A stretch of DNA of 64,000 nt from Phoronis australis. Taxonomy: Eukaryota; Animalia; Phoronida. This document shows positions 12,501 to 27,500 of the stretch, in pieces (positions within the stretch are counted from its first letter, which is position 1; each line of letters starts with the position of its first letter). The DNA lies in the NCBI GenBank assembly GCA_002633005.1, contig NMRA01000050.1, positions 513,353 through 577,352 of the forward strand. Reading direction: 5' to 3'. The notes beneath the pieces are model-generated. The model did not search any database and had not been told where the DNA came from. It saw nothing but the letters and a program-made list of their open reading frames with translations. A program made the position numbers and the translations under genes.

Positions 12501-15500
12501 GAAAGTAGTTTCATTTGATTGCTTTGGTGAGAGTAATAAATCTTATTGCAAATAATTATTCTTTGTGTTTTAGTTACCACACGAGTACAACTACTTCAAA
12601 ATTTCACATTAATTCAAATACCAGAAACAAGCAGGTAATTTTAAATAATCGAATTAAATGCGCCATGATGGCATATATTTTTGTTTAAAGTACTATTGTT
12701 GCAATTTTGGCTTCTTTGAAGATAGTCATCATTTCTTGAATTTTCTAACTCTGCTATTCTGTATCATGATGGTTGAAGTGACTTAATAGTACAGCACTTG
12801 GGTGTTAGTCTGGCTGTTTCAGTATAATTTAAAAACTTGAAAGTCAGATGCGTACCTAACGAAGGTGGGGGGAAACTGCTGTTAAGAACTGGGTAGCAAA
12901 TATAGATGGTGCAAATATCTTGGCATCTGTTGAGGAGGTGACATTGGTGTTGACATAGAGGTGCAAAGTAAGGTCACAATTGCAACTGTTGCAGAATTTT
13001 GTTACAATTTCGGGTTTGCGAAAGCTCTTGTAACGTTCAATGATAAAATAGAGACTGAGTAATCTAATTGCACATGATTCAGTGGGGGATTGTACAAGTC
13101 CTCCATGTATCTTGTGGGATGGATAGTTCTACCACCTCCATACAATGGACACCAACCTGGAAAGTGAGGAAACTGGAGGCAATCAAAGGGGCTGCACTGT
13201 TTTTCCCTGTAGTTTATGGCCTAACAAGATACCAGTGGTGATGACCAGGTGGTGGCACCTGTCTAGGGCAGTAGTGATCTTAGCATAACACTACCGCTTG
13301 AAAGTCCTGAGTTTCCGTATGTTTTTTGAATATGTAAATTTTCTAAGCATTTCTAATGTTGAGTAAGTTGCTTGTTTTAAACCAGTTGAATACTTTTGAA
13401 CTCATTGAAAACTTGAGCTTTCTGTACACAAACCTTATGTGACAATTTTTCATGAGATATTCAAAATTGCTCCCAATTTAAACAAAAAAGGGATAGAAAT
13501 TGACGAGATCAAACTAAGACGCCAACCAGCAAAATGCTTTTGGAAATTCCTAATGTGTCATTTAAATTTCGTTCTAAAATCACATGGTCAAGCGATGATG
13601 TGTTTGGACTTGATAGACTCGCACAGCAGCAACTAGGTCAAGCTGAATCATCTTGTTGAAGCCAACAATGAACTTTCACTCCATGGTCTTGTCAGATGGT
13701 ATATTATAAACAAAACAGAATTCAACCCCAAAACATGAACCAAACAATATGTTTTTGAAGCAGGCTTAGTTGAACATTTTACTGATTGGTGTCTTTGTTT
13801 TCATTTATTGGTAACCTGTTTGAGTGTGGCAGATTTGTCATCATTCCTCTCGGTCCATTTTCAATTCCTTTCTACCCAATGCTCTTCCCATCAAGTTAAT
13901 TTCACTTCAAGGAAACACAGCAGTATCCATCATTTTAAATATTCTCGAAGGCTATATGCAAATTGTGCAATTGGCAGATCTAGCTTTGTGAAGATTGCTC
14001 CCCATGGACTTGGTGTCCTGCTTGTAACGAATAAGTTAATGTGACCTATTGCTTCAGGGATCTGTTTCTAGAAAGTGACTTAAGGCAGAAGTTTGATCTT
14101 GTGCTCCCACTTCAAAACTGTTGAGTAAAGACTTAGCTAAGTGTGTATGAGCACATCACAATCTAGATATAACTGTTGAGTAAAGACTTAGCTAAGTGTG
14201 TATGAGCACATCACAATATAGATATAACTGTTGAGTAAAGACTTAGCTAAGTATGCATGAGCACATCACAATATAGATATAACTGTTGAGTAAAGACTTA
14301 GCTAAGTGTGTATGAGCACATCACAATATAGATATAACTGTTGAGTAAAGACTTAGCTAAGTGTGTATGAGCACATCACAATATAGATATAACTGTTGAG
14401 TAAAGACTTAGCTAAGTATGTATGAGCACATCACAATATAGATATAACTGTTGAGTAAAGACTTAGCTAAGTGTGTATGAGCACATCACAATATAGATAT
14501 AACTGTTGAGTAAAGACTTGGCTAAGTATGTATGAGCACATCACAATCTAGATATAACTGTTGAGTAAAGACTTAGCTAAGTATGTATGAGCACATCACA
14601 ATCTAGATATAACTGTTGAGTAAAGACTTAGCTAAGTATGTATGAGCACATCACAATCTAGATATAACTGTTAGAAATTATTTCAGTGATGAGCAGTTAT
14701 GTGAATATATGTACAGAGACTGCACTTTCGCTCAAGTGAGATATACTTATTTTTCAAAAATAGCTATGTGGACCATAAGACTTAACTGTCTGTCTTGTGT
14801 CTCAAGTCACTTTTTATGAAATGGGCCAGATGCCTGGCTTGCGCATTGTCTTAGGGACATGTCTCAAGTTGTGATAATTGATGTAGTTTCATTGAAACTG
14901 ATTTTGTGTCGGACTAAACTGGCATTGCAATTTACACTTCTTGATTCTGAAGGAAACGTTGCAATTTCCCTGTATCTTAATTTTGAACTGTGTACTAAAA
15001 TTCCCACATCTAATTAGCAAACAGTAAACTTGTCATAACTGATCTTTTTTGCCTGTAGCCATGTTAGTCCCATCCACAATTGCTACCATTTCGCCGACGA
15101 ACAGGAACCTTACAACAGCAGAACTCACTACCAAGTTTGAGCCAAGCAAAGTACCAACGCTCAGTCCTACTATGACACCATCTTTGCCATCAGAGCAGAC
15201 CACAACTATGGTTATGCCTACTATGTCAGCATCAACAGGTATTGCCTTCACATGTTCAATTATTTTATTCACATCTTCCAATGTCATTCTGTTCTTGTTT
15301 TGAAATGATCTTGGAAGTTAAGATGCTGCCAGGCAAACCAAATGTAACTTGGAGAGTCAAAATCTTTTGATTCAAGGAAAATCACTGCTGCTAAGTTGAC
15401 ATCATCTGGTTATGTCTCAGTAATCTAGGCTTTTTGTAACTAGCATTATTAATTCATTGGGAATATTGCGTGAATGTACTGGGAAACTTCTTGTGAATGG

Positions 15501-18500
15501 TTGAGACAAATATAGACACTTGGTGCAGAGTATGAACTTACCAGGAGCAGTTGGATTTTTGAACAATTTATGCTCTGCTTAAAATGTTAAATTAAATAAG
15601 ATTGCTGGGATAAAGTGTCACACGTGGACACATACTAACTTGTCTTTTTTCTTGGATTATTATGACTTTAATAATCTAGGTGCAATCGTGAGGAGTCATT
15701 TGTATAATTCTGCTGCTACTGCATTTACAGTGATTACTAAACCACAGGATACTATTGGAACTACATATACCAAAAAATTATCAACCCCAACTCCGACAAC
15801 AGTTGTTACGCGTAAGTGATCTTTTGAGGTTATATAAAAATTGTAGAAGTTAGGTTTATCTCATGTGCACCAGTTGGTTTAAAAGGAGTTGGTTTTCATT
15901 ATTTTTAAAAACCTGTCTTCATTTTGTGATATAAACCTTGTCTTTGTTTGTTTAAAGCAGTGCATTTTTGATTGACTTTTGCACTAATAATCTCTTTAGT
16001 CCAAAACCTAGTTTCCTACCTAAAATATTGATCTTCCCCCACCACTTTTGTCATCTTTGTCAGGTTCATGTATTTCTGTTTTTGCAGCTATATATAACTG
16101 CTCTGTGCATGGAAACAGCTTCAAGACGTTTGATGGCAAGCATTACAACTATGAAATTTGCAAGCACACACTTGTCAATGACATGGTTACTTCTAAACTT
16201 TCTGTTAAGTGTAAGTTTGTTGTTGGTTCTATGAGAGCTTGTTTGAAGGATTTACACTAGTCTTGTAGTTAATCCATGCATCTCTAGTCATAGGATGCCA
16301 ACTCCAGCTCATGGCCCATACATTCTAATTTTAGAGCTAGCGAACCCACAATTTCATGGGACTGGCCATGACAGTTTCCACAATGAACTTCCAGCTGTCA
16401 TCTTGACTGTGTTTTGATTAGAGTGCTGTAGTTGGCTAATCATAAAGAATGGGAATGGTTTAAAACCTCTGATTCTGATTTTTATGAACATTAAGAATTT
16501 ACTCATTGCTTTCTTATGCATTTTGTACTTTGACCAAAACGGTGGTTTCAAACCTTTTTTTTTGTATTAAGTAACTTTGTTAACCAGTTGTAGGCAAAAT
16601 AGTTTTAAGTACATTATGTTAATGAGTCATATGTTAAGCAACCCTAATTATTTACACAAGTTTGCACAGAATGAAATTGATCAAGGTGTTTATTTATGCA
16701 TTAGGCTATTTTATTTATAAAATTCCAATTCATTTCTAGTGAATCTGCATTGCCCTAAGAATACATTGAGCCGTGCTCGGTGTTCACGATCACTGGAAAT
16801 TGTTGTTGATGGACGCAAGCTTATCTTACGACAACGACTTCTTGTTCAAGTCAACGGCAAGATATACAGACCCTGGCAGTTTGATGTGGTCAGTTTAGTG
16901 TTGCTGATTGATAAATTTCATGCATATAGTGCCATTGAGGTGTAGTTTATTTTGTACACAATGCCGTGAAAACTCAAAACGAGGGATGATAACATATTTT
17001 TATAATTGTAGTAAACTCAAATACGACTATCTGGCAGCATGTCATCATTCAAAACACAACATTCTTGTGACAGTTATGCCTCATTTTACTCTTAATTACT
17101 TGATTTTGACCAGCGACATGTGTTTGACCATTCCACTATACGGGGTGCATTAACTCTTTAAATGTTCACAGCTGTCAACGAGCCTTGCTCCCACTTTCAA
17201 ACTGAAGAGTGTTGGAGATGAAAACATTGTCGAGATACCACAGTTCAACATGGTCATTCACTGGACTAAATCGTATGATGTTGATGTCAAGGTATGTCAT
17301 TGAAATTTGCATGAGATAGAAAATAGGAATGTGCATGGTGGACAATGCTAGATCTGTGAAATATCTAGGCATCTTGTGAAAATAATCTGGTGGTGAAAAC
17401 ACCTAGGGGACATAAATTAAATAGAATGGCATGTGAGCAATGGTAAGAGAAACTATGTAATTATCAATAATTATCAAGCAATTATTCAGCTGTGTTTCTA
17501 TTTACATTAGTCCCGACACAGTGAATGTTTTTCAGACTGATTTTATCTCCTCCCTTGTGATCGTCTACTGGTTGAACCTCAAAATTCATAGCTGGGAGTC
17601 ATGGGAGTGATAGCAGTCATAATGTTGTGTTGTTCCCAAGATCTGCGAGGGAGTTGTCTCTCAGTGCTTTGTGAGAATTTTTGTTGTCCAGAAATATTAA
17701 TCTTGATCTCAATTTGATAAAAGAACCAACGATACTTTGGTGTTGGAATGCACTTTGACCTTACTGATTTACCTAAGACATTTTTCTGATGTTTATTTAG
17801 GTCAAGGCTAACATGATGAACAAACTAAATGGTCTGTGTGGTACGCTGACTGGCACCCCAACTGATGACTTGATGACTAAGGACGGCAAGATCGTGACTG
17901 ATGTCAACATATTTGGTGATGGTTGGGGAACTAGGACCTATTGCCCAGCAGTGAAGCAATGTCCTGCTGAAGTGCGCCAGTTGGCTCAACAGAAGTGTGC
18001 TGCATTGAGGTGAGTTGTCAATAGATTCCAGCCTTGGGTGGTACATAGAATGGTTCAGGTATTTTGACTGCATTAGAGTGCAGAAAGTAGTGTAATTGAT
18101 CAACGAATTATACTTCCATGTGTCCCATGCTACAAACAACCCGAGGATTAATTTTGAAAGTTACTTTTAGTACTATTTTGTACTAATTACAGCACGCATC
18201 ACAAATTTTTGTCTGACCGGTCGGAAATTGGTCGACCAGCAGCCGACCAACAACGGTTGGCTAGGCGCCGTCTGCTGAGTCGCCTCTGCGGTCGGCACTT
18301 GGGTCGGCAAAGTGGTCGCCTAGCATAGACGACCAATTCGGATTAAGCGTGTCTTTGGTCGACAATTACCATTTTATGACTTAGCGGGTGAACTTGGGCC
18401 AATCAAACACTTAACTGTTCGCTGTTCGTTCACCAGTGGCAACTCCGGTCTTGACATCGGTTTGAAAGTTACATAAGGTACTATTTTGTGACCACTAATT

Positions 18501-21500
18501 ATTTTGTCTCATTTACAGCTTTTCACTATTCAGCAATTCTTTTTTTAATTAAATGTGTTGCCCTGTGCACATTGATAACAGGTTCATTAAATTAATATGT
18601 TTGAAATCATGTAAAACATTGTATGATCATAGGAAACAGACAAAGTAGTCCAGCTCAGAATAAAGTTGTAAATGCAGTTGTATGACCAACTAGACTTGCG
18701 AAGGACTAGATGACTGTTGCACCCTTTGTACTTGTTCCCCATGTCTTCTAGGGATAGCTTGTTCTCACAGTGCCACAAACTGCTCCCTGTGGACGACTAC
18801 ATGGATGTTTGTGTTGAGGACTTGTGCGAGTGTGCTGAAGACAATGGCATTGATGGCCTGGATAAGTGCAAGTGTGACAACCTGGCCTTTTTCTCACGCA
18901 GCTGTTCTACCGTTGGAGTCACCATCATCGACTGGCAATACAAACTTCAATGTGGTAAGTTGATATTCAGGTTTGGGGTTATTTTCTACCTTTGTAATCA
19001 AAAAGTAAATCAGTTTAGAGTAATGCAAGGCTAAGCATTGATAAGCCACACATTTAGAGAAGAAGCATTTTTAAGTTTATTATACTAATCAGCAAGTTGG
19101 ATTTTTAAAATAGTACTGCAAACTTAGGGTTTTTAGTGCAAGACTCGTTAACTAGGTATCAATGGCTTAAACAAAACACACATCAAGCTTTTCCAAGAAT
19201 TTTGTTTAGGTACCAATGGAATTTATTAATTAAAACTTGTCAGAATGTTTCCACTCTAACCGTCGACATGCTCCTACATATACTTGCCAATTGCAGACAT
19301 TCGGACGTGTCCTCCAGACCAAGTGTGGAATGAATGTGGTGGTAGTTGTCCACGCACGTGTCATGACTTCCGTGACAAGTCCCCCCTGTGTACAACCTCA
19401 TGCGTGCCTGGCTGTCAATGTAGGCCAGGTCTGGTGAAGAAGGGAGCCACCTGTGTTCCTATTGATCAGTGCGAGGATTGTAAGTGAATCTGTCACTTAA
19501 TAAAACATTCACTTATAATTATTCTACTTTTAAATTTTCTGAATAACCAAAAAAGGCAATTTTTAGAGTTTGCTCAGAATTATTAGAATGTTAGCAATAA
19601 GTCATGTAATCAACAGAAACTACAAACGTAAGGAGAAATAGTACCTTTTAAATCAGCAACATTGCAGATTTCCTACAATTTTGCAAACAGGGAAGCATTG
19701 CCAGTGCATAAGTATAAAAGCAGTAAGAACATTTTGTGTTCTCTGTTGTAAGACAATCCTTGTATCAATTTTTCAAATGACTTCTTTCAGATATTCAGAT
19801 TGCTCAACTATTAGTTTAATAAACGTATTTCAGAGGTTATGTATGCGAAAGTCCCCTGTTTTAGAAAGGAATGTTTAATGTGTCATTATTCAAATAATGC
19901 GCTGTCCTGTTGCAAATGGTGCTGATAAAATGTAGTTTCTTCAGTGAAAACTATGACTGAAAAGAAATTGTTTGGTGTGCAATTTGCTCAATCAACTTTT
20001 AAGGTTTTTCCAATTAATATCTTGTATTTTCTTGTGGTGACTTTCATCTCCAACTATTAGATATCTTGTATGTGTTTGTGTCCAGGTGTATGTACCGGTT
20101 ACGGTGACCCACACTATATCACCTATGATGGACACTACTTTGCCTTCCAAGGCAATTGTACTTATGTCCTGTCCAGGGACATTGCTCGAAAGGACTTCGA
20201 GGTGACTGCCCTCAACGAAGACTGTAACATGCAGCCGCATACAACGTGTACCAAGGAATTGCAGGTCAAATATAGAGGACACACAGCAACACTGGGACAG
20301 TTGTACAAGGTAGGGGTCTCCTCCTTGCTCTTATGGCACTCTTAATTCAGAACAGTGCCTTGACGATGACTGCCACTGCCCTCTATCTGAGAAATGAGCA
20401 AAGTAACTTTCAAGCAAAGTGGGAGTCTGAATTATAGGTGTATGCACTACTAAGGACACAGTAATTTTCAGTCACAGCATTGTCTTAAGTCACCTTCATA
20501 TGGTCCCAGGTGATGACGGGATTATTATAGAACCATTTACCATCGCAGTGAATACTACTGAATGCATTGCTAAACTCTGTGTCTTCAGATTGTGGTCGAC
20601 GGTCGCAAACTGACTGATGCTGACTTGCCGTTTGACAGCTATGGCTTTAACATTGAGAAGGTGGGGCTTCACACCATACTTACTGTGCCAGCAATCAACT
20701 TGCAAGTCAGGTACTCCATGGCCAACTATGGTTTCCGTATCACGCTACCGTCCTCCAGATATTACGGCATTACTGAAGGTCTCTGTGGTAAGTAAGCAGT
20801 CACCTGCAGTTACAGTACAGTTGCTGTCATACATTCTCACTGTCTTGGGCAAGCTAACTTAGACCACAATGGGTACGTCACATAAACGGATTAGAAGCAC
20901 TAGGCCTCATTGTCAGTGGGGTAGCATTGGCTTGTTCAAGGGGTGAATCAACAATTGGTTGGACTTCAAACCAGTCAGCTGAACTACAAAACCAAATGGC
21001 TGGTGTTCTAGCTTGGTGGTCAAACCTCAAAACAGGTTGGCCGGTATTCCAAAACCAGTTGGCCATGCCCAAGAAATTGATTTGCTGGACCTAAAACAGG
21101 TTAGCTGTTGCTCAAACCGTCGGCTAAACAAATCGCCGATTTTGAACAAAACAAATGTTTGCGAAAAATAAACACTAGATGTCACTTGAATCCTTCAAGA
21201 CATTCAAAGCGAGTCTCTGAGGAAATCCGGTCACTGTGTTTGATCACCAGCTAAGTGGTTGTAGCACCAGCCGTCGTGTTTTGGGTCCAGCCAGTTAGTT
21301 TTTTGGGTGCATGAGGCCGCTACGTTTTGAAGTCGGAACAACACCTTTGATCGCCATTGGTTTGCAGTCCAGCCAACTGGCTTTGAAGTCTGGGCAAGTT
21401 GTTTTGAAGTCTAACCAATTGTTGATTCCCCCTTATTGTTGGTGGAACCAAAATCATAAGTTTTTTAGTAGTCGGGATGTGTTATGAATTCAATTGAGTA

Positions 21501-24500
21501 CTAGAGGTTTGAGACAGGAAAACACAACCAACAAGGCAAATGGGCGGTGAACATATAGTGAAGATGTTTGGTAATGATTGTATAAGGTAATTAAAGTCAC
21601 AAACTTTACCAGTCAAGAGAATGTATTCGTGTTCATGAGGATACTGTCTGCTGTTGGCAGGAAATTGCAACAATAACAAAACGGACGACCTGAAGGGAAG
21701 TGACCTGGTGTTGAAAAGTACTGTGGATGAGTTTGGTATGTCTTGGCTGATCAACAACACTGACAGCAGTCAGTGCATTGTAGAACCAGGGTGTCAACCA
21801 ACCTCACCTAACAAGGCCTGTTCGAAGATTTATGAAGAAAGGTAATGTGCAACCAATGTTTGAAACTGGGAAATGATACTCCTGGCATGTGTTCTAAGTT
21901 TTGTCAAGGAGGTAACTGAGGGTTAAACATTTCAGGATGTCATGTCACAGTTATGGCAAAAGTCCAAAAGAAAATGATTCTGAAATGAAGAATATATTAA
22001 TTAATATTAGATCGTACTAACTGTACCGACACTGCATTTCGTAAATTTTGTGTTAAACAGGAAGCAAAGTTCGAAAAATGGGAAGCAAACCAAACTTCAT
22101 ATGGTCCATCATGGTTTTATCATGAATCCTGACTTGTGGTAGTGAAAAAACAAAGGGCTCCACCCAAAATATGTCCCAAAACAATGTCTTCAAAGAAATA
22201 TAAGTGAGCCTTTTAGAAGCTAGTTGTGTAATAACTACATATTATATCTCTGCATCTGAGCTATGGCTCATCGTGTGACCATTCTTTTGCAGACCCCTGA
22301 ATTCCATGATCCATGAGAGGAACAAAGTCTTATCTTGTGAGTTTTATGCTTCCAAACATTGATAATCTCTCCTTTGCTCCAGGTTCAAGGAATGTCACCC
22401 TCTGATTAACCCCTTGTCCTATTACGACAGCTGCGTCTTTGACAGTGGTTGCTCAACAGGAGATGGAAAGACAGAGGCTGTGTGTGAATCCTTCACTGCG
22501 TATGCTCGTGCCTGTGCCATGGTTGGAGTCTGTCTGACCTGGAGATCGGAGGATATGTGTCGTAAGTTGATTAGTTAGGCACACACTACTTGATTGATCA
22601 AATGTTTGGATGTCAAAAGGTGGTTTGTTTGCCATTATTTGTGGTGAATCGATCATATTCTTTATTGTTGTTAGCTAAGTGACTTATGAGTGCTAGTTCA
22701 AGGCCATGTTATTTATGTTCCCCTTTATTCCAGCCTATACTTGTGGTGCCAACATGGAGTTCAATCAGTGTGGTCCGTCTTGCACTAAAACCTGCCAAAA
22801 CAAAGCTGTTTACAATGAGACGGATTGCACAAAGTCGTATGTTGACGGTTGCTTCTGCAAGCCCGGTTTCTTGTCCCATCGTGGACATTGTGTGGAAGAG
22901 AATAGTTGCATCACAGATGAACCGACTCCACCCACCCCGAGTAAGTGATACTACGGAGCAGTTAGAAAAAGTGACATGTTACTTTCCCAGTTTCTGCAGA
23001 GTTACGCTCTATTGGGAAGCACAACTCCTGGACTTAGCAATCGCAACTCCTTTCAAAATATGTGGATTGGAATTGAAATGCTGAGTTGTGCAACTCTGCT
23101 TGGGTGGAAACCATTAACTTCGCTTCAGCTGAAGTAATATTTAGAGGTCGCAAGACTTAGTGAGACATTCGTCATCCACGTTATTTGTAGTTGCACATAA
23201 AGGACTAACATACCGTAAATGTTTGGGTTAACGCCCACGCTCAGTTAACTGCCCACCCTCTACTTTAGGTGGATTTTCGATTTAACCGTCCACTGCTCGG
23301 TTAACCGCCCCTCTGCGATTTTTGAAGATTTCCAGTTAAGCGCCCACCTTTCAGTTAGGTGCCCATCCCTGACTTTTTCATATTGAAGATTTAGCGCCCA
23401 GTGTTAGGAAACGCGCGATTCCCAACTGTTATATACAGATGATGATCTCAACGAGCGCAACGACGCTGCATGTGCCTCGGGACGGCGGTTTGGCAATGTG
23501 AATTACAATACAAGTAACGAATTATTGTCCCGGGTCATGGACTTACTTCAAAATATAATACTTGAACATTTTTGTCATTTTATTTTCTTCCCATGTTTGC
23601 AAAGTTTAAGAACCCCGCCGGCGTCAATACCTCCGCTTTCAGTGACGCTGTCTGCCACGCTGATTTTCTGTCTGCAGTCCACTAGATAACACATATATTC
23701 GAAATAATCGGGCCAGAGAAATGTGACAATTATGGTCTTGCAAACCCTCCAAATTCTCTTTAGGTGGGAAGCTCTCGTATGTTGAAGAATTAATTCCCAT
23801 AACTCACGCAAAGATGTCAAATTCTATCTATTTTGATGAATGTTATTGCCAGGTTATGGAGAATATGTGGCAACCAAAGGGACAGTGTGCCTCAAAGGTT
23901 CAAAGGTTGGCAATACGTTACTGTATGTTAGAGTATCATCTTGAAGTAATAAAAAACTTCTAGTCAAATTTCATTGATTTTCGCTTATTGCATCTCAGTG
24001 AAACTGGCGTTAGCAGATTTAACTAATGTTGCTGGCTGTTCTTTACTACGATTTCGTGTCAACCCCGCCTGACTGTGTGAATGATTGCTTCCATATTCCC
24101 TTTTTAGCCATCCAGAATAAGTTTGTTTCTACATTGGCCAGTTCCAGCCTGAACAAATTTCTTACCATTCGAGCCTGAAATATCTACGACACAGACTGAC
24201 TGAAAATTGGCAATAGTTGATAGGAGGTGCACGAAGCTAGCTATGGGCATGGCGCACTCGGGCTTAGGGAACATCGAGCAGGAAAATATCATAGGCCCTA
24301 CGTGCGTGCTGAGTCCCGCTGCTATCTTTGGCCATTAAGAACGCGACGCATATTGAAAGAAGTCATTATATTACTTAATGGCCTTTCCAAGTCAAGATTC
24401 CTTGCCGTGACATTGCGCGCAAACAGCGGGACCGACCAGTTCCGCAGTGCAATAGTGTAGGTGATATTATACTAGGATATAATCTGGCCATCTTGCATGT

Positions 24501-27500
24501 AAAATAAATGTGTTTTCCACCGTGACCACAAAGTTGGGTAAGGTGTTCGTTTATGAATGTTTTGCGATGTTTTATCACATATTTATGCCGTGGTTCAAAA
24601 TTGATTGACGACTGGCGCATGTCCGCTTACCCCCCCCCCCTTATNGCATGTCCGCTTACCCCCCCCCCTTATTCTTGTCTTACTTCTTTGCTGAGCATTG
24701 AAAATGTTATTGAGTCACGGAGTGTCGACTATAAACATCCCAAACACAAAAAACACCTGTATTAGTTTTTCAAACTTTATTACAACTAATTTTAAAACTG
24801 CTCTCTGACTCGGCACTTGACAGTTAGCACGGGACTGTAACCTTGATGTCAGCTGTGACCTCTGCAACACATGAGGCTTGTACGCGCGCACTTTTGCAGT
24901 GTCATCGCTTGCGATCAAGTGGAGCGCTGCGTGGTCACTGGTCGTCTGCGCACTACAGTTCTAACAAACTAACAAGACAGCAGGATGGCATGGGTCCATT
25001 GCTCAGCAATTTTATAAATTTAATCGTTAATGACTAATCTGAGGGCAACAGAACCTTTGTTGGGATTATCCGCTGTTATGAAGTTTTTACCGACGTGACG
25101 ATAAAGCTCTTTGAAAAGTGCTACGCGTACCGAGTATGTGTATGGTGTGGGGACGAGGTAAGATTAACCGCCCAGGGCGGTTGTCTATCGTAATAAGCGC
25201 CCATGTTCGGTTACCCGCCCACCCTAGATTTCTTGAAATTTCACGTTTAAGCGCCCATGTCTAGTTAACCGCCCACCCCCATTTTTGGGTTTGCCAATTT
25301 AACCGCCCAGGCCGTTAACCCAAACGTTTACGGTAACATAAAATCTGACAGGAAATAACACAGTTCATCATGTATGGCAAAAGATGTTTATTTATTCAAA
25401 CTGATTAGTTTGAGTCTTCGATACAAATATGCCATGTGGTGTCTCAATTAGCAAACTAAGGGTAGCTCTGATGTTGCCAGCCAATGGGAAAGGTAAGTGG
25501 AGCTGTAGAGTTGCAATAGTTCCTCATTACGGTTTGGTGGGAAAATGGATTTTTTTAATAATTTATTCTAATTGGGCAGCCACTGATCCAACAAAAATTC
25601 AATAAAATGCTGTTCAAGTAATCAGCTTGTTAAACTGAAGCATTGCATCTTGAATGTAAAAGAAAGTTTTGATTTACAATGATTGAATTATTGGCAACTG
25701 GAGTGGTTGTAATCAGACAATAGGTGACTTAATGGTTGAAGGACAAGGATTGTGACCATGGTAATTACTTTGAGGCGATGCAGTTAGGAGTTTGGTGTTC
25801 TAATATTGCTTGGTAATGTTTAGTTGGGGATTCACAGAATACAGGGTACTTGTTATTCTCATGCCTGAATGGACATTTAGAAATAATAGGCATGTGGTGT
25901 ACACACTCTGTTGATGTACTGTTCTGTGTTTCATCCTCAGGGTGTCCACCTTGTCCCACACTCAAAGTTCCAATTCCTAGCCTAGGTGAGGAGTTGCGTA
26001 CAGTGAAGACGGCCAATGGATGCTGCGATAAATACGAAGTGGTGTGTGTGCCTTCAAAGTGTACAAATACTTCCAACTATTGTGAATCCCCTCAGCAAGC
26101 CGTCCGCGTGAATATGGGTCAATGTTGTCCAGTGTTTGAGTGCAGTAAGTTTAATTCATTATCCATGTAAAAGAAACTGCGAGTAGGACCGAAAGAAGAT
26201 AGATTGGCATTTCAAAACATTCCAAGATATGCAGTCAGTAGCTACCTATATTTGCAGACTCAAGAAATTGTACAAGTTATATGCTTTGACTCTTCAGGTA
26301 TTCAGGGTTTCACAGGGATATACTTAGCCACTCGCCCAGTCGCCCCATGTGAGTAAAAACGGTGTTGGGCGAGTAGAAGTTGACTTGCCGATCGGTCAGC
26401 TGGCGAGCGAATTTTCAGAGCGGAAAAGCATATTGTTTCCCAGATTAACACCATGAATAAATTTTCTGCTTCTGTTCAGTTTGGTGAGCGTGACAATACT
26501 GCGGCAGTAAAAAACATGGATCTTATGGATTCAGTAGATGTCACCTGATTCGTCTAGACACACAGTGTGTGGTAGTGTACAAAGGAATGTGTACTAGTCT
26601 GAAATGAAGAAAAGGGGGGAAAGGCCGAAGACTGATTCATGTGCTCACAGCAAGTGAAATACCATATTTCTTGGGAACTGATTTCTTATTGTGATGTACA
26701 ATGTCATTTTAGCCAAAGCTACTTTATAAATAATAACATTCGTCCTAATAAGCGCCCATGCCCCTATGAGCGCCCCCCTCTAGTTTTCAGACTTCACTAA
26801 AATAAGCGCCCAGTCCATGAACGTGTATATGCACATGCAATAAATGCCTTACCTACAGTTCTAAAATTCTCCAGTAATGTGTTCAATTTATCAATAATAT
26901 CCAACAGTCCTGAAAAATCATTGTGCGCGGAATTTCTAGACCACGAGCCTTGCCGCTATGTCGGTATTTAGCCGTGGCTGTACAATTCAAACGTCCGCAG
27001 TGCTTCAAAAAGAACGCTAAAGTTTTGCTGATCTTGGGAGGAACGTGCCCCACTATGGTCTGGCCTTTCAGAACAGACGCTGCGTACTTGCCACAGGGAT
27101 TGTATTGTATCTTTACCATACAGATCTTCTCCCTCAACAGGAATCTAAATTACTTTGTACTCGTAAAAAACACGAATCAAAACTTGACCAGTGTTAATGA
27201 GCATGTGGACAAGAAGCTCGTGCTAGGGCCTACATATATGTGGGCGTGCTACTTTGGAAAGAACTCCGATGACGCGCTTGCTCACTGGGCACGCACTTGC
27301 AGACTTAAAACAAACATCACGTAACAACAACTTGTGTGTTCGTCCATAAGTTTTCTCGTGTTGCGAGGTGCGATCTAGCGCAGATTTGGATTTAATCTGC
27401 ACTTAATCCTAGCTCCACAGTACCTTAAAAAATTAGGGACACTATTTGGAAAGGTTGAGGAGGATTTCAGGTAATTTGTTGAGTCGAAAGTGTATTTTTA

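Noticed and set aside
14116-14672. CRISPR-like look of the 55-bp palindrome-containing array (also arrays at 974, 5519, 37515)
   Set aside because: Units are head-to-tail with no unique spacers, there are no cas genes, and the context is eukaryotic
12541-15058. Independent first exon/signal peptide for module B
   Set aside because: No ATG-hydrophobic-GT exon found by eye; the ATG at 15061 begins a PTS tract, not a signal peptide (a tiny exon cannot be fully excluded)
18150-18490. GC-rich insert between ~28-bp imperfect direct repeats
   Set aside because: Probably a MITE remnant; termini could not be defined
24616-24672. Duplicated gcatgtccgcttacccccccccttat around a single N
   Set aside because: Probably a contig-join artefact
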